This document shows, one piece after another, positions 18,719-26,256 of a stretch of 64,000 bases of DNA. Numbering within the stretch: the first letter of the stretch is position 1; each line of letters starts with the position of its first letter. The notes below the pieces were generated by a model. That model made no database searches. It was not told the origin of the DNA and was given only the letters and a program-made list of their open reading frames with translations. Source of the DNA: Dehalococcoidia bacterium. Lineage in GTDB: Bacteria; Chloroflexota; Dehalococcoidia; Lucifugimonadales; VXLM01. Where the stretch lies: contig OZ244816.1 of assembly GCA_965220255.1 (NCBI GenBank), positions 2,376,491-2,440,490 of the forward strand. Direction: 5' to 3'. A program made the translations under genes and the position numbers.

Positions 18719-19864
18719 CTACATCTTTACAATGTCGTCGTCCACGTGCGTAGCCATCTGCCGCATGTACGCCTCACGGCCAACCTGCAGCTTCTTATAG
18801 TTCATGCGCGAGGCATGGGGAATCATCCGCAGGCTCCTGTTCTCAAGTGGGAACCGAACGGGCGCGTGTCCCTGTCGGTGCGACTCCCGCAGACCGATGG
18901 CAATTTCGAGGACCTTCCTGCCGTTGTCGCCGCTCCCCGGCGGGTCCATGTCCTGCTCAAGATAGTCCACGAACAGCGAAACGCTCGCCAGGTTCCTGTC
19001 TCCCGGCCACAGCCACCCGTCCGGCTCGCGGTGACTGCTTGTCTTTCCCACGACATTCGTCTCCGGGAACAGTCCCTCGATCTCCTCCAACGTCTCCCAC
19101 GAAGACCTGCCGCCGGGCGACCTGTACATATGCAGGACATCCGAGTTGCTGACGAACACGCCCTCGGTGCAGTTCACCTGGAATCCGGAGCCCCTCGCGT
19201 CCGGCTCGCGGCTGATGAACGCCTCGACCCCATTGACGAACCTCACGTATCCCGATCCCCCTTGGTCGTAGTCTTTCCACGGATCGTCGTCCACCCATCC
19301 AAGGCACCACGCCACGTCGGCGAACCCTGCAAACATCCTCATCAGGCTGAACTGCTGGATGCCGCCACCCGAAAGCTCCGTTCCCCCTCCACCATAGAAG
19401 TGAATACTCTTGACCTCGCCAATCTCCCCGTCGGCGATCATCTTCGCTGCCGTCTGGTAGGCCGGAAGGTTGATGTTCAGGTCGCCTGCGCCGATCCTGA
19501 CGCCGTTCGACCTGCAAGCTGCCACCATCGCGTCAGCTTCCTGAAGCGACGGCGCGAAAGGCTTCTCGCACAGGATTCCCTTCACCCCCGCCTCAGCGCA
19601 GCCGATCACGATACCGGGATTCGGCCCGACCGGCAGGATCGGCGCGGCGATGTCCACGCTCTCTTCCCGGAGCATTTCCTTATAGTCGGTATACCCTCGT
19701 GCCCCGAACCGCTTGCAGAACACCTCGAGGTTCTCCTCGTCGGTATCCGCCGCCGCCACGATCTCCGTCCGGGGATCGAGCCTGTACGCCCTCGCGTGCT
19801 GAGCACCCTTGCGACCAATCCCGATCATCCCCACTCGGTACATCGCGTTGCCTTCCTCCGTCAT
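18719..19864 (-). CDS. Gfo/Idh/MocA family NAD(P)-dependent oxidoreductase
   Basis: N-terminal Rossmann motif YRVGMIGIGRKG. ATG at 19864 is preceded by GAGGAGGAA. The track start at 19963 is probably too long. Confidence 0.8.
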   Translation of the reverse strand: MTEEGNAMYRVGMIGIGRKGAQHARAYRLDPRTEIVAAADTDEENLEVFCKRFGARGYTDYKEMLREESVDIAAPILPVGPNPGIVIGCAEAGVKGILCEKPFAPSLQEADAMVAACRSNGVRIGAGDLNINLPAYQTAAKMIADGEIGEVKSIHFYGGGGTELSGGGIQQFSLMRMFAGFADVAWCLGWVDDDPWKDYDQGGSGYVRFVNGVEAFISREPDARGSGFQVNCTEGVFVSNSDVLHMYRSPGGRSSWETLEEIEGLFPETNVVGKTSSHREPDGWLWPGDRNLASVSLFVDYLEQDMDPPGSGDNGRKVLEIAIGLRESHRQGHAPVRFPLENRSLRMIPHASRMNYKKLQVGREAYMRQMATHVDDDIVKM

Positions 19865-20020
19865 GCGTTCCTCCTCGCCGGCTCTTTCATTAGCCCGCGC
19901 AGTAGAATTCGCCCCAATTCTATACCCCACCCCTATGAATGTGAACGACAGCCCCCATCGCACCTACCCCCTCTTCTTCCGCCGTGAGAGATACTTGGGG
20001 TGAGGGTGCGGCCCCGTACC

Positions 20021-20150
20021 AACCCACACGTCATTCCCGCGGCGGCGAGAATCCAGCCCCCGAACCAACATCCCTTTCACCTCCGTATCAAGTACGGGGC
20101 CGCCCCTGAGCCCGTCGAAGGATTGCCCCCAGAGGTGAATCCCCGTCACC
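20021..20150 (+). repeat. Composite intergenic repeat (CACGTCATTCCC...GAGAATCCAG module plus family A), copy 1
   Basis: About 125 bp, nearly co-linear with 23375-23500. Abuts or overlaps the stop codon of the LRR gene ending at 20146. Confidence 0.75.
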
Positions 20151-23100
20151 CGTCCGACTCGACTTCCCCGCAGAACTCCATTTCACCGAAAGAGAGTGTG
20201 CTGCCCAGCTTCTTTAGGCTATCGGGAACACACCCCGTCAACTCGTTGCCCGAAAGGTCAAGCTCTATGCCTACCCGAAGGTTCCCGAACTCCGACGGAA
20301 TCTCGCCGCTGAGCTTGTTGTTCTCCAAATACAGTGAGGTGAGATTCGACAGTTTGCCCAACTCAGGCGGTATCGCCCCGGATAGCATGTTGTTCGATAG
20401 GTCGATATGCTTTGTGTCAGAGAGATTTCCCAGTTCAGGCGGAATCTCACCACTCAGTGAGTTCTCCCATAGGTTCAGTTCTTCGAGGCTGGAGAGCCTC
20501 CCCAACTCGGTGGGAATCTCACCGGTCAGCTTATTATGGTTGAGGATCAGCTCTTTCAGATTAAAGAGGCCCCCCAGTTCCGGCGGAATTTCTCCGCTCA
20601 ACGAGTTCTCGTGAACGTACAGATCGACCAGGTTGGAAAGCATTCCCAACTCCGCCGGAATTTCCCCCTTCAAGCCGTTTTCCGAAAGATACAATCCCGT
20701 CAGCCTCGATAGGTTCCCCAGTGCAGCCGGAATCTCGCCGCTCAAGGTGTTTCCCCAAAGATGTAGATCTGACAGATTGATGAGTTCACCCAGTTCCGGC
20801 GGAATCTCCCCGCTCAATTGGTTCTCTGAAAGGGACAGATCCTTCAAGTTGGAAAGGCTTCCAAGTTCCCCCGGAATCTCTCCACTCAGATCGTTCTCCC
20901 ACAGATACAGGGTCTCCAGTTTGGCAAGTCTGCCCAACTCAGGGGGTATTGCGCCCGTCAAACCGTTCTGCGATATGGCCAGGAACGTTAGATTCGCCAG
21001 TCTTCCCAGTTCCGGTGGAATTTCGCCGCCAAGCTCGTTGATTGACAGGTCCAGCCCGGTCAGATTTGATAGCTTGCCCAGCTCCGGCGGTACCCCTCCG
21101 CTTAGCCGGTTCTGCCAGAGGTACAGCTCCTTCAAGTTGGTGAGTTCCACCAACTCCAACGGAATCTTCCCTTCCAGCCAGTTCTCATTAAGGTGCAGGT
21201 ACTGAAGTTTGGTGAGGTTGCCCAGCTCTGGCGGGATCTCTCCACCCAGGAGGTTATCGTCCAAAAACAACTCGGTGAGGTTGGAGAGCTCTCCCAGTTC
21301 CGCCGGAATCTCGCCCGTCAGCCGGTTGTTCCATAGGCCCAGTATCGTCAATTCAGAGAGGTTGCCCAACTCTGCCGGTATCTGTCCCCTCAGCAAGTTT
21401 CCCTGCAGGTCCAACTCTGTCAACGTGGTTAGCATCCCCAGGTTCTCCGGGATCGAACCCTTCAGGCGGTTCTCGCCCAGGGACAGCTTTATGATGTTTC
21501 CGCTCTCGTCCGTCACGACGCCGTACCATTCGCTGACCGGAGCGTCGCTCAACCAGTGGTCGTTGTTCTCCCAATTCGGACCGTCCGTCGCGTTGTAGAG
21601 TGTGACGAGCGCTTCCTTTGAATCGTCCGCGACCTGATTGGGCGCGCTCTGCGCATCGCCGGTGTCACAGGCAGGAATGCCTGGATTGCCGATGTCCGCA
21701 AGTCTGGCCGGTGCGCACCCGGTCAAATTGTTTCCCCAGAATTCCGCCTCCGACAGGTGTTCCAAGTTGCCCAGCCCTGCCGGAATCTCTCCACTCAAGC
21801 TGTTGTCCTCAAGGTGCAGTCCGGTTAGGTATGTGAGCCTGGCCAGTTCCAATGGGATCTCTCCCGTCAGGTCATTGCGGGACAAGTCCAGCCACTCTAA
21901 GAGCGAAATCTTGCCCAGCTCCGGCGGGATATCGCCGGACAATTGGTTGCCCCAGGCACTCAACCAACTTAGCCGGGAGAGATTGCCCAATTCAGGTGGA
22001 AGCGGTCCGCTCAATCGGTTTTGGCTAAGGTATAGCCATTGGAGGAAGAAAAGACTCCCCAGTTCAACGGGTATTTCGCCGCTTAAGTCATTGGTGTGGA
22101 GGGCCAGTCCTACCAGCCTGGAAAGCTCGCCCAGTTCAGGCGGTATCCGCCCACTCAGGCTGTTCTCTGAAAGGTCGAGCCTCCTCAGATTGCGGAGATA
22201 ACCAAGTTCGGCAGGGATTTCTCCCCTCAACCCATTGTCGGCAAGCGTTAGCCATTCGACCTCTCCCTGGGAGTCAACCGTTATCCCATACCATTCGCCA
22301 AGGGGCGCATCACTCAACCAGTTGTCGTTGTTCTTCCAGTTCGGGCCGTCCGTGGACTCGTACAGCGCTGCCAGGGCATCCATCGGATCGCAGGTTCCCT
22401 GGACGAGGATATCCAAGTCGGCAGCGCTCTCCGGTATGCACCCCGTCAAATTGTTCTCCGAAAGGTCCAGAATTACCAGATTGGAAAGATCCACCAACTC
22501 CATCGGTACGCTTCCGGTGAACCCGTTCCCCGAAAGGTCGAACAACTCCAGGCTGGTGAGATCACCCAATTCGGGAGGTATCTCTTCCAGCAGCCAGTTC
22601 TTCGATAGATCCAACTCCGTCAGGGATCTGAGTTTGCCAAGTTCCGGCGGAATTTCCCCGGTCAACTGGTTCTCTGAAAGATCGAGTTTCGTCAATTCGG
22701 CGAGACGACCCAACTCCCGTGGTATCTCACCAATCAGCCTGTTCTCAGATAGGTCGAGCACGGCCAGACTGGAAAGGGTGCCAAGCTCGGAAGGTATCAG
22801 CCCCAGTAGCCAATTCCCCCGAAGCTCCAGCACCCTCAACCTCGATAGCTGACCCAATTCCGGCACGATATTCCCGGTCATCTCGTTCTCGGTGAGCACC
22901 AGTTCAGCCACCCTGCCACTCTCGTCGGTCGTAACCCCGTGCCACTCACCGATTGGCCTATCGCTCAGCCAGTTGTCGCTCCTGGTCCAGTCCTCCCCAC
23001 CAGCGGACTCGTACAGCAAAACGAGAGCATCCCTGTCGGGACTCGTCGCAAACGTAGTGGGGACGGCCGTCGGCTCAGGGGTAGACGTGGGCACTACCGG

Positions 23101-23298
23101 GGTACTCGGTACAGACGTCGCCGTTCCTCCCGCCGCTACTGCCTTCTCCCCCGAACGAACAACTGTGGGCTCGGGACCAGGATCCCCACACGCGACCAGC
23201 ACCACCGCAAACAACATCGCCAACATCAACACAATGCTTCTCGCTGTCGTCCCCATTGCAGTGAACCCCAAGACATCCTTCATACAGACAGCACTCAT
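20146..23298 (-). CDS. Modular leucine-rich-repeat lipoprotein, plant-type 24-residue LRRs (33 units in 3 modules)
   Basis: Lipobox LVAC-GDP after a hydrophobic signal, then a Pro/Thr-rich linker. Three cap motifs (ALxxLYxxxxGxxWxxxDNWLSDxPxxEW(H/Y)G(V/I)T) are each followed by exact 24-aa units LxxLxLxxNxLxGEIPxELGxLxx. Start may be Met1 (23298) or Met15. Confidence 0.9.
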   Translation of the reverse strand: MSAVCMKDVLGFTAMGTTARSIVLMLAMLFAVVLVACGDPGPEPTVVRSGEKAVAAGGTATSVPSTPVVPTSTPEPTAVPTTFATSPDRDALVLLYESAGGEDWTRSDNWLSDRPIGEWHGVTTDESGRVAELVLTENEMTGNIVPELGQLSRLRVLELRGNWLLGLIPSELGTLSSLAVLDLSENRLIGEIPRELGRLAELTKLDLSENQLTGEIPPELGKLRSLTELDLSKNWLLEEIPPELGDLTSLELFDLSGNGFTGSVPMELVDLSNLVILDLSENNLTGCIPESAADLDILVQGTCDPMDALAALYESTDGPNWKNNDNWLSDAPLGEWYGITVDSQGEVEWLTLADNGLRGEIPAELGYLRNLRRLDLSENSLSGRIPPELGELSRLVGLALHTNDLSGEIPVELGSLFFLQWLYLSQNRLSGPLPPELGNLSRLSWLSAWGNQLSGDIPPELGKISLLEWLDLSRNDLTGEIPLELARLTYLTGLHLEDNSLSGEIPAGLGNLEHLSEAEFWGNNLTGCAPARLADIGNPGIPACDTGDAQSAPNQVADDSKEALVTLYNATDGPNWENNDHWLSDAPVSEWYGVVTDESGNIIKLSLGENRLKGSIPENLGMLTTLTELDLQGNLLRGQIPAELGNLSELTILGLWNNRLTGEIPAELGELSNLTELFLDDNLLGGEIPPELGNLTKLQYLHLNENWLEGKIPLELVELTNLKELYLWQNRLSGGVPPELGKLSNLTGLDLSINELGGEIPPELGRLANLTFLAISQNGLTGAIPPELGRLAKLETLYLWENDLSGEIPGELGSLSNLKDLSLSENQLSGEIPPELGELINLSDLHLWGNTLSGEIPAALGNLSRLTGLYLSENGLKGEIPAELGMLSNLVDLYVHENSLSGEIPPELGGLFNLKELILNHNKLTGEIPTELGRLSSLEELNLWENSLSGEIPPELGNLSDTKHIDLSNNMLSGAIPPELGKLSNLTSLYLENNKLSGEIPSEFGNLRVGIELDLSGNELTGCVPDSLKKLGSTLSFGEMEFCGEVESDG

Positions 23299-23326
23299 CC
23301 TTTAGGCACCCTAACTCATGGGAGGC

Positions 23327-23335
23327 AGTATACCA
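23327..23335 (-). promoter_or_regulatory. Candidate extended -10 promoter element TGGTATACT for the first LRR gene
   Basis: The same 9-mer in the same sequence context (gcagtatacca) lies upstream of both LRR genes. Confidence 0.4.
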
Positions 23336-23374
23336 AGCAAAACGACCTAACCACTCGATCATCCCGGAACCCCA

Positions 23375-23500
23375 CCCCACACGTCATTCCCCCAGCGGCG
23401 AGAATCCAGTCCCCAAACCAAGGACCCGTTCACCCCCGTATCAAGTACGGGGCCGGCTCTGAGCCTGTCGAAGGGTCTTCACCAGAGGTGAATCCCCACA
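23375..23500 (+). repeat. Composite intergenic repeat (CACGTCATTCCC...GAGAATCCAG module plus family A), copy 2
   Basis: Co-linear with 20021-20150. Lies immediately 3' of the second LRR gene. Confidence 0.75.
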
Positions 23501-23531
23501 CCATAATTTCCGTGAAGGAAGGAGTCCCCCA

Positions 23532-25919
23532 TCACCCGTCCGACGCGTCCTTCCCGCAGAACTCCATTTCACCGAAATTAACCCCGCTGCCCAAATTCCG
23601 CAGACTATCGGGAACGCACCCTGAAAACTCGTTGCCTGCCGCCTCAAACGTTATCCCCCAGGTCAAGTTGCCAAGCTCCGGCGGTATCTCACCACTTAGC
23701 ATGTTGTCCCACAGATAGAGGACATTCAGGTTCGACAGATTGCCCAACTCAGGCGGAATCTCCCCCGTCAGCTTATTCCGCGAAAGGCTCAATTCCTCCA
23801 AGTTGGTGAGGTTGCCCAGTTCTGCCGGAATCTCACCGCTCAACAAGGTCTTCCACAGGTACAGGAACTTGAGATTGGTCAGCCTCCCCAACTCAGGTGG
23901 TATCTCCCCGGTCAATTCGTTCTCTGAGATCGAAAGACGTGTCAGGTTTGAGAGGGTGCTCAGTTCAACTGGAATCTCACCGCTCAGATTGTTATCTGAG
24001 AGTTCCAATATTGTCAGATTGGACAGTTGGGCCAGTTCCGGCGGGACCTCTCCACTCACCATGTTGCCCCACAAGTAGAGTTCCTTCAGGTTGGCAAGGT
24101 TCCCCAACTTAGGAGAAATCTCACCGCTCAGTTGGTTTTCGCTCAGGTACAGATATGCCAGCTCGGTTAGATCGGCCAGTTCCGTCGGTATTGCCCCGGT
24201 GAGCTGGTTGTCCCAGAGAGACAGCACAGCTAAGTTTGAGAGGCGCGACAGCTCCGGCGGTATCTCCCCGCTCAGGTCATTTTCATTAAGGTAGAGGTAT
24301 TCGAGGTTGGAGAGGAGTCCCAATTGCGGCGGTATGGCCCCGAATAGATTATTCCCCGACAGTGTCAGTTCCGTCAGATTAGTGAGCTTGGCAAGCTCTA
24401 CCGGAATCTCGCCGTCCAGCTGGTTCTTCCTCAGGCCAAGTTCCGTCAGGTTGGACAGTCGCGCCAGCTCCGGTGGTATCTCACCACCCAGCCAGTTGTT
24501 GTTAAAGTACAGGGACTCCAGCTTTCCCAGGTTGCTTAGTTCCGGGGGGATTTCACCGACCAACCCGTTGTCAAAGAGATTCAGGATTTTCAGGTTGGCA
24601 AGGTTGCCCAGTTCCGGCGGTATCTCCCCGCTCAACAGGTTCTCGTTCAGGTACAGGTCGGTCAGATTGGAGAGCTTTCCCAGTGCCGCCGGAATCTCGC
24701 CCGAGAATTGGTTGTTCCATAGGCCCAGTATTGTCAATTCAGAGAGGTTTCCCAACTCCGCCGGAATCGGCCCCCTCAACCAGTTTCCCTGCAGGTCCAA
24801 CTCTGTCAGTGTGGTCAACAGCCCCAGTTCCGCGGGGATCGACCCCCTCAGGCGGTTCTCGCCGAGAGACAGCTTGATGACGTTTCCATCCGCGTCAGTC
24901 ACGACCCCGAGCCACCAATCGAGCGGCCTGTCGCTCAACCAGTTGTCGTTGTTTTCCCATTTCTCACCCTCCGTGGCATGGTAGAGCGCCGTTAGCGCAT
25001 CCAGGGCGGCGCACGACGGCCCGACAAGGTCGATGAGATGCTCGAGACCCTCCGAAGAGCATCCGCTAAGCTGCAGGCCCTCAAGTCCCAGATCCGTCAG
25101 TTGGGAGAGTTGCCCCAGTTCCCGGGGTATCTCTCCCCTCAGGTTGGTCTTCGAGAGGTCCAGCTTCCTTAACTTGGAAAGGCTGCCCAACTCCGGTGGA
25201 ATCGTCCCCTGCAGACCGTTCTCCGAAAGATCAAGCTCCTCCAGGCTGCCGAGACGGCCCAACTCAGGCGGTATCTCACTGATCAACCTGTTGTCGTGGA
25301 GGTCCAGCAATTCCAGCTTGGCGAGGTTGCCCAACTCCGGCCGTATCTCGCCAATCAGGAGGTTATCCGAAAGGTCGAGCACAACAAGGTTCGAAAGCTC
25401 GCCTAGCTCCTTCGGGATCAGCCCTACCAGCCAGCCCCCACGAAACTCTAACTTTGTCAGTTTGGACAGTTGGCCTAGCTCCTCTGGGATATTCCCCGCC
25501 ACCTTGTTGTCGACGATGACCAATTCAATAACCCGGCCATCGTCGTCGGTCGTAACCCCGTACCACTCACCGATCGGCCTGTCGCTCAACCAGTTGTCGC
25601 TATTCTTCCAATTCTCCCCACCCGCCGACTCGTAAAGCGCCACCAGCGCGTCCCTGTCCAGAAGCGTCGAATCTACAGCGGGCGTCGCCGTCGGCTCCGG
25701 CGTAGACGTGGGCACTACCGTGGGACTCGAAACAGACGTCGCCGTCGGCTCCGGCGCAACTGTCTCCGCCGTGGGAACAGCGGTAGCCTCCGGACGAGGA
25801 TCGCCACACGCGACAAGCGTCGCCGTCACGCACCCCATTGCCAACGTCAACGCGATGCCTCTCGCCTTCGCCCCCATAGTAGTGGACCCCAAGATAATCC
25901 TCGTGCCGTAATCACTCAT
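23532..25919 (-). CDS. Modular leucine-rich-repeat lipoprotein, plant-type 24-residue LRRs (25 units in 2 modules); paralog of 20146-23298
   Basis: Lipobox LVAC-GDP, Pro/Thr linker, two cap motifs and 7+18 exact 24-aa units. C-terminal tail GEMEFCGKDASDG matches the paralog's GEMEFCGEVESDG. Confidence 0.9.
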   Translation of the reverse strand: MSDYGTRIILGSTTMGAKARGIALTLAMGCVTATLVACGDPRPEATAVPTAETVAPEPTATSVSSPTVVPTSTPEPTATPAVDSTLLDRDALVALYESAGGENWKNSDNWLSDRPIGEWYGVTTDDDGRVIELVIVDNKVAGNIPEELGQLSKLTKLEFRGGWLVGLIPKELGELSNLVVLDLSDNLLIGEIRPELGNLAKLELLDLHDNRLISEIPPELGRLGSLEELDLSENGLQGTIPPELGSLSKLRKLDLSKTNLRGEIPRELGQLSQLTDLGLEGLQLSGCSSEGLEHLIDLVGPSCAALDALTALYHATEGEKWENNDNWLSDRPLDWWLGVVTDADGNVIKLSLGENRLRGSIPAELGLLTTLTELDLQGNWLRGPIPAELGNLSELTILGLWNNQFSGEIPAALGKLSNLTDLYLNENLLSGEIPPELGNLANLKILNLFDNGLVGEIPPELSNLGKLESLYFNNNWLGGEIPPELARLSNLTELGLRKNQLDGEIPVELAKLTNLTELTLSGNNLFGAIPPQLGLLSNLEYLYLNENDLSGEIPPELSRLSNLAVLSLWDNQLTGAIPTELADLTELAYLYLSENQLSGEISPKLGNLANLKELYLWGNMVSGEVPPELAQLSNLTILELSDNNLSGEIPVELSTLSNLTRLSISENELTGEIPPELGRLTNLKFLYLWKTLLSGEIPAELGNLTNLEELSLSRNKLTGEIPPELGNLSNLNVLYLWDNMLSGEIPPELGNLTWGITFEAAGNEFSGCVPDSLRNLGSGVNFGEMEFCGKDASDG

Positions 25920-25946
25920 GGTGTAAGTGACTTACTAGCGGCAGGC

Positions 25947-25955
25947 AGTATACCA
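25947..25955 (-). promoter_or_regulatory. Candidate extended -10 promoter element TGGTATACT for the second LRR gene
   Basis: Identical 9-mer to 23327-23335, at a similar distance from the start codon. Confidence 0.4.
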
Positions 25956-26022
25956 CGAAAACCGGCTCATGCATCTTCATGGAAGGGCGGCAAGAGATAG
26001 CCGGCTCAAGGCCCCGGAAACG

Positions 26023-26048
26023 AAAAAGGGCCCCGCGAAGGGGCTCTT
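26023..26048 (-). terminator. Candidate intrinsic terminator on the minus strand
   Basis: A 9-bp GC-rich stem (aagggcccc / ggggctctt, one G-U pair) with a gcgaa loop. On the minus strand it is followed by TTTTTCGTTT. Confidence 0.4.
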
Positions 26049-26071
26049 CTCAATTCCGCATGTCTATCTTA

Positions 26072-26215
26072 TCAGATTGCATCCAAAACTGTCAAGTAAA
26101 TATTACTAATAACGTCGAATAATACTTCATAACAGTCGTTATAGTGTGCAGTAATACAAATAAAGTATATCATATACCACAATAAAGAACAATATTGTAC
26201 GAATAACGTCTCCAT
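26072..26215 (-). CDS. Candidate 47-aa hydrophobic, Cys/aromatic-rich small protein encoded in the AT-rich island
   Basis: My own translation (below the ORF-track cutoff): METLFVQYCSLLWYMIYFICITAHYNDCYEVLFDVISNIYLTVLDAI. An open frame in about 28% GC DNA, followed 24 nt later by the terminator at 26023-26048. No obvious SD. Confidence 0.25.
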   Translation of the reverse strand: METLFVQYCSLLWYMIYFICITAHYNDCYEVLFDVISNIYLTVLDAI

Positions 26216-26256
26216 GTTATGGTGGTTGTCTATCCCCGCGCCCGAAAGGAGACATA

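Noticed and set aside
18572-19987. 471-aa plus-strand ORF.
   Set aside because: It is a shadow ORF opposite the Gfo/Idh/MocA oxidoreductase gene. It is Arg/Pro/His-rich and begins inside a family A repeat.
20000-25911. Many plus-strand ORFs across the LRR genes (for example 20000-20614, 20633-21205, 21638-22201, 24307-24984, 25033-25635) with periodic SGGISP-type peptides.
   Set aside because: They are antisense translations of the 72-bp LRR periodicity. They are low-complexity (Ser/Pro/Gly-rich), broken into pieces, and fully covered by the long, motif-rich minus-strand LRR ORFs.
20146-25919. The regular 72-bp sequence periodicity could be mistaken for a CRISPR array or satellite.
   Set aside because: The units are contiguous with no unique spacers. 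They are in frame and encode the 24-residue LRR consensus inside two long ORFs. No cas genes are present in the window.
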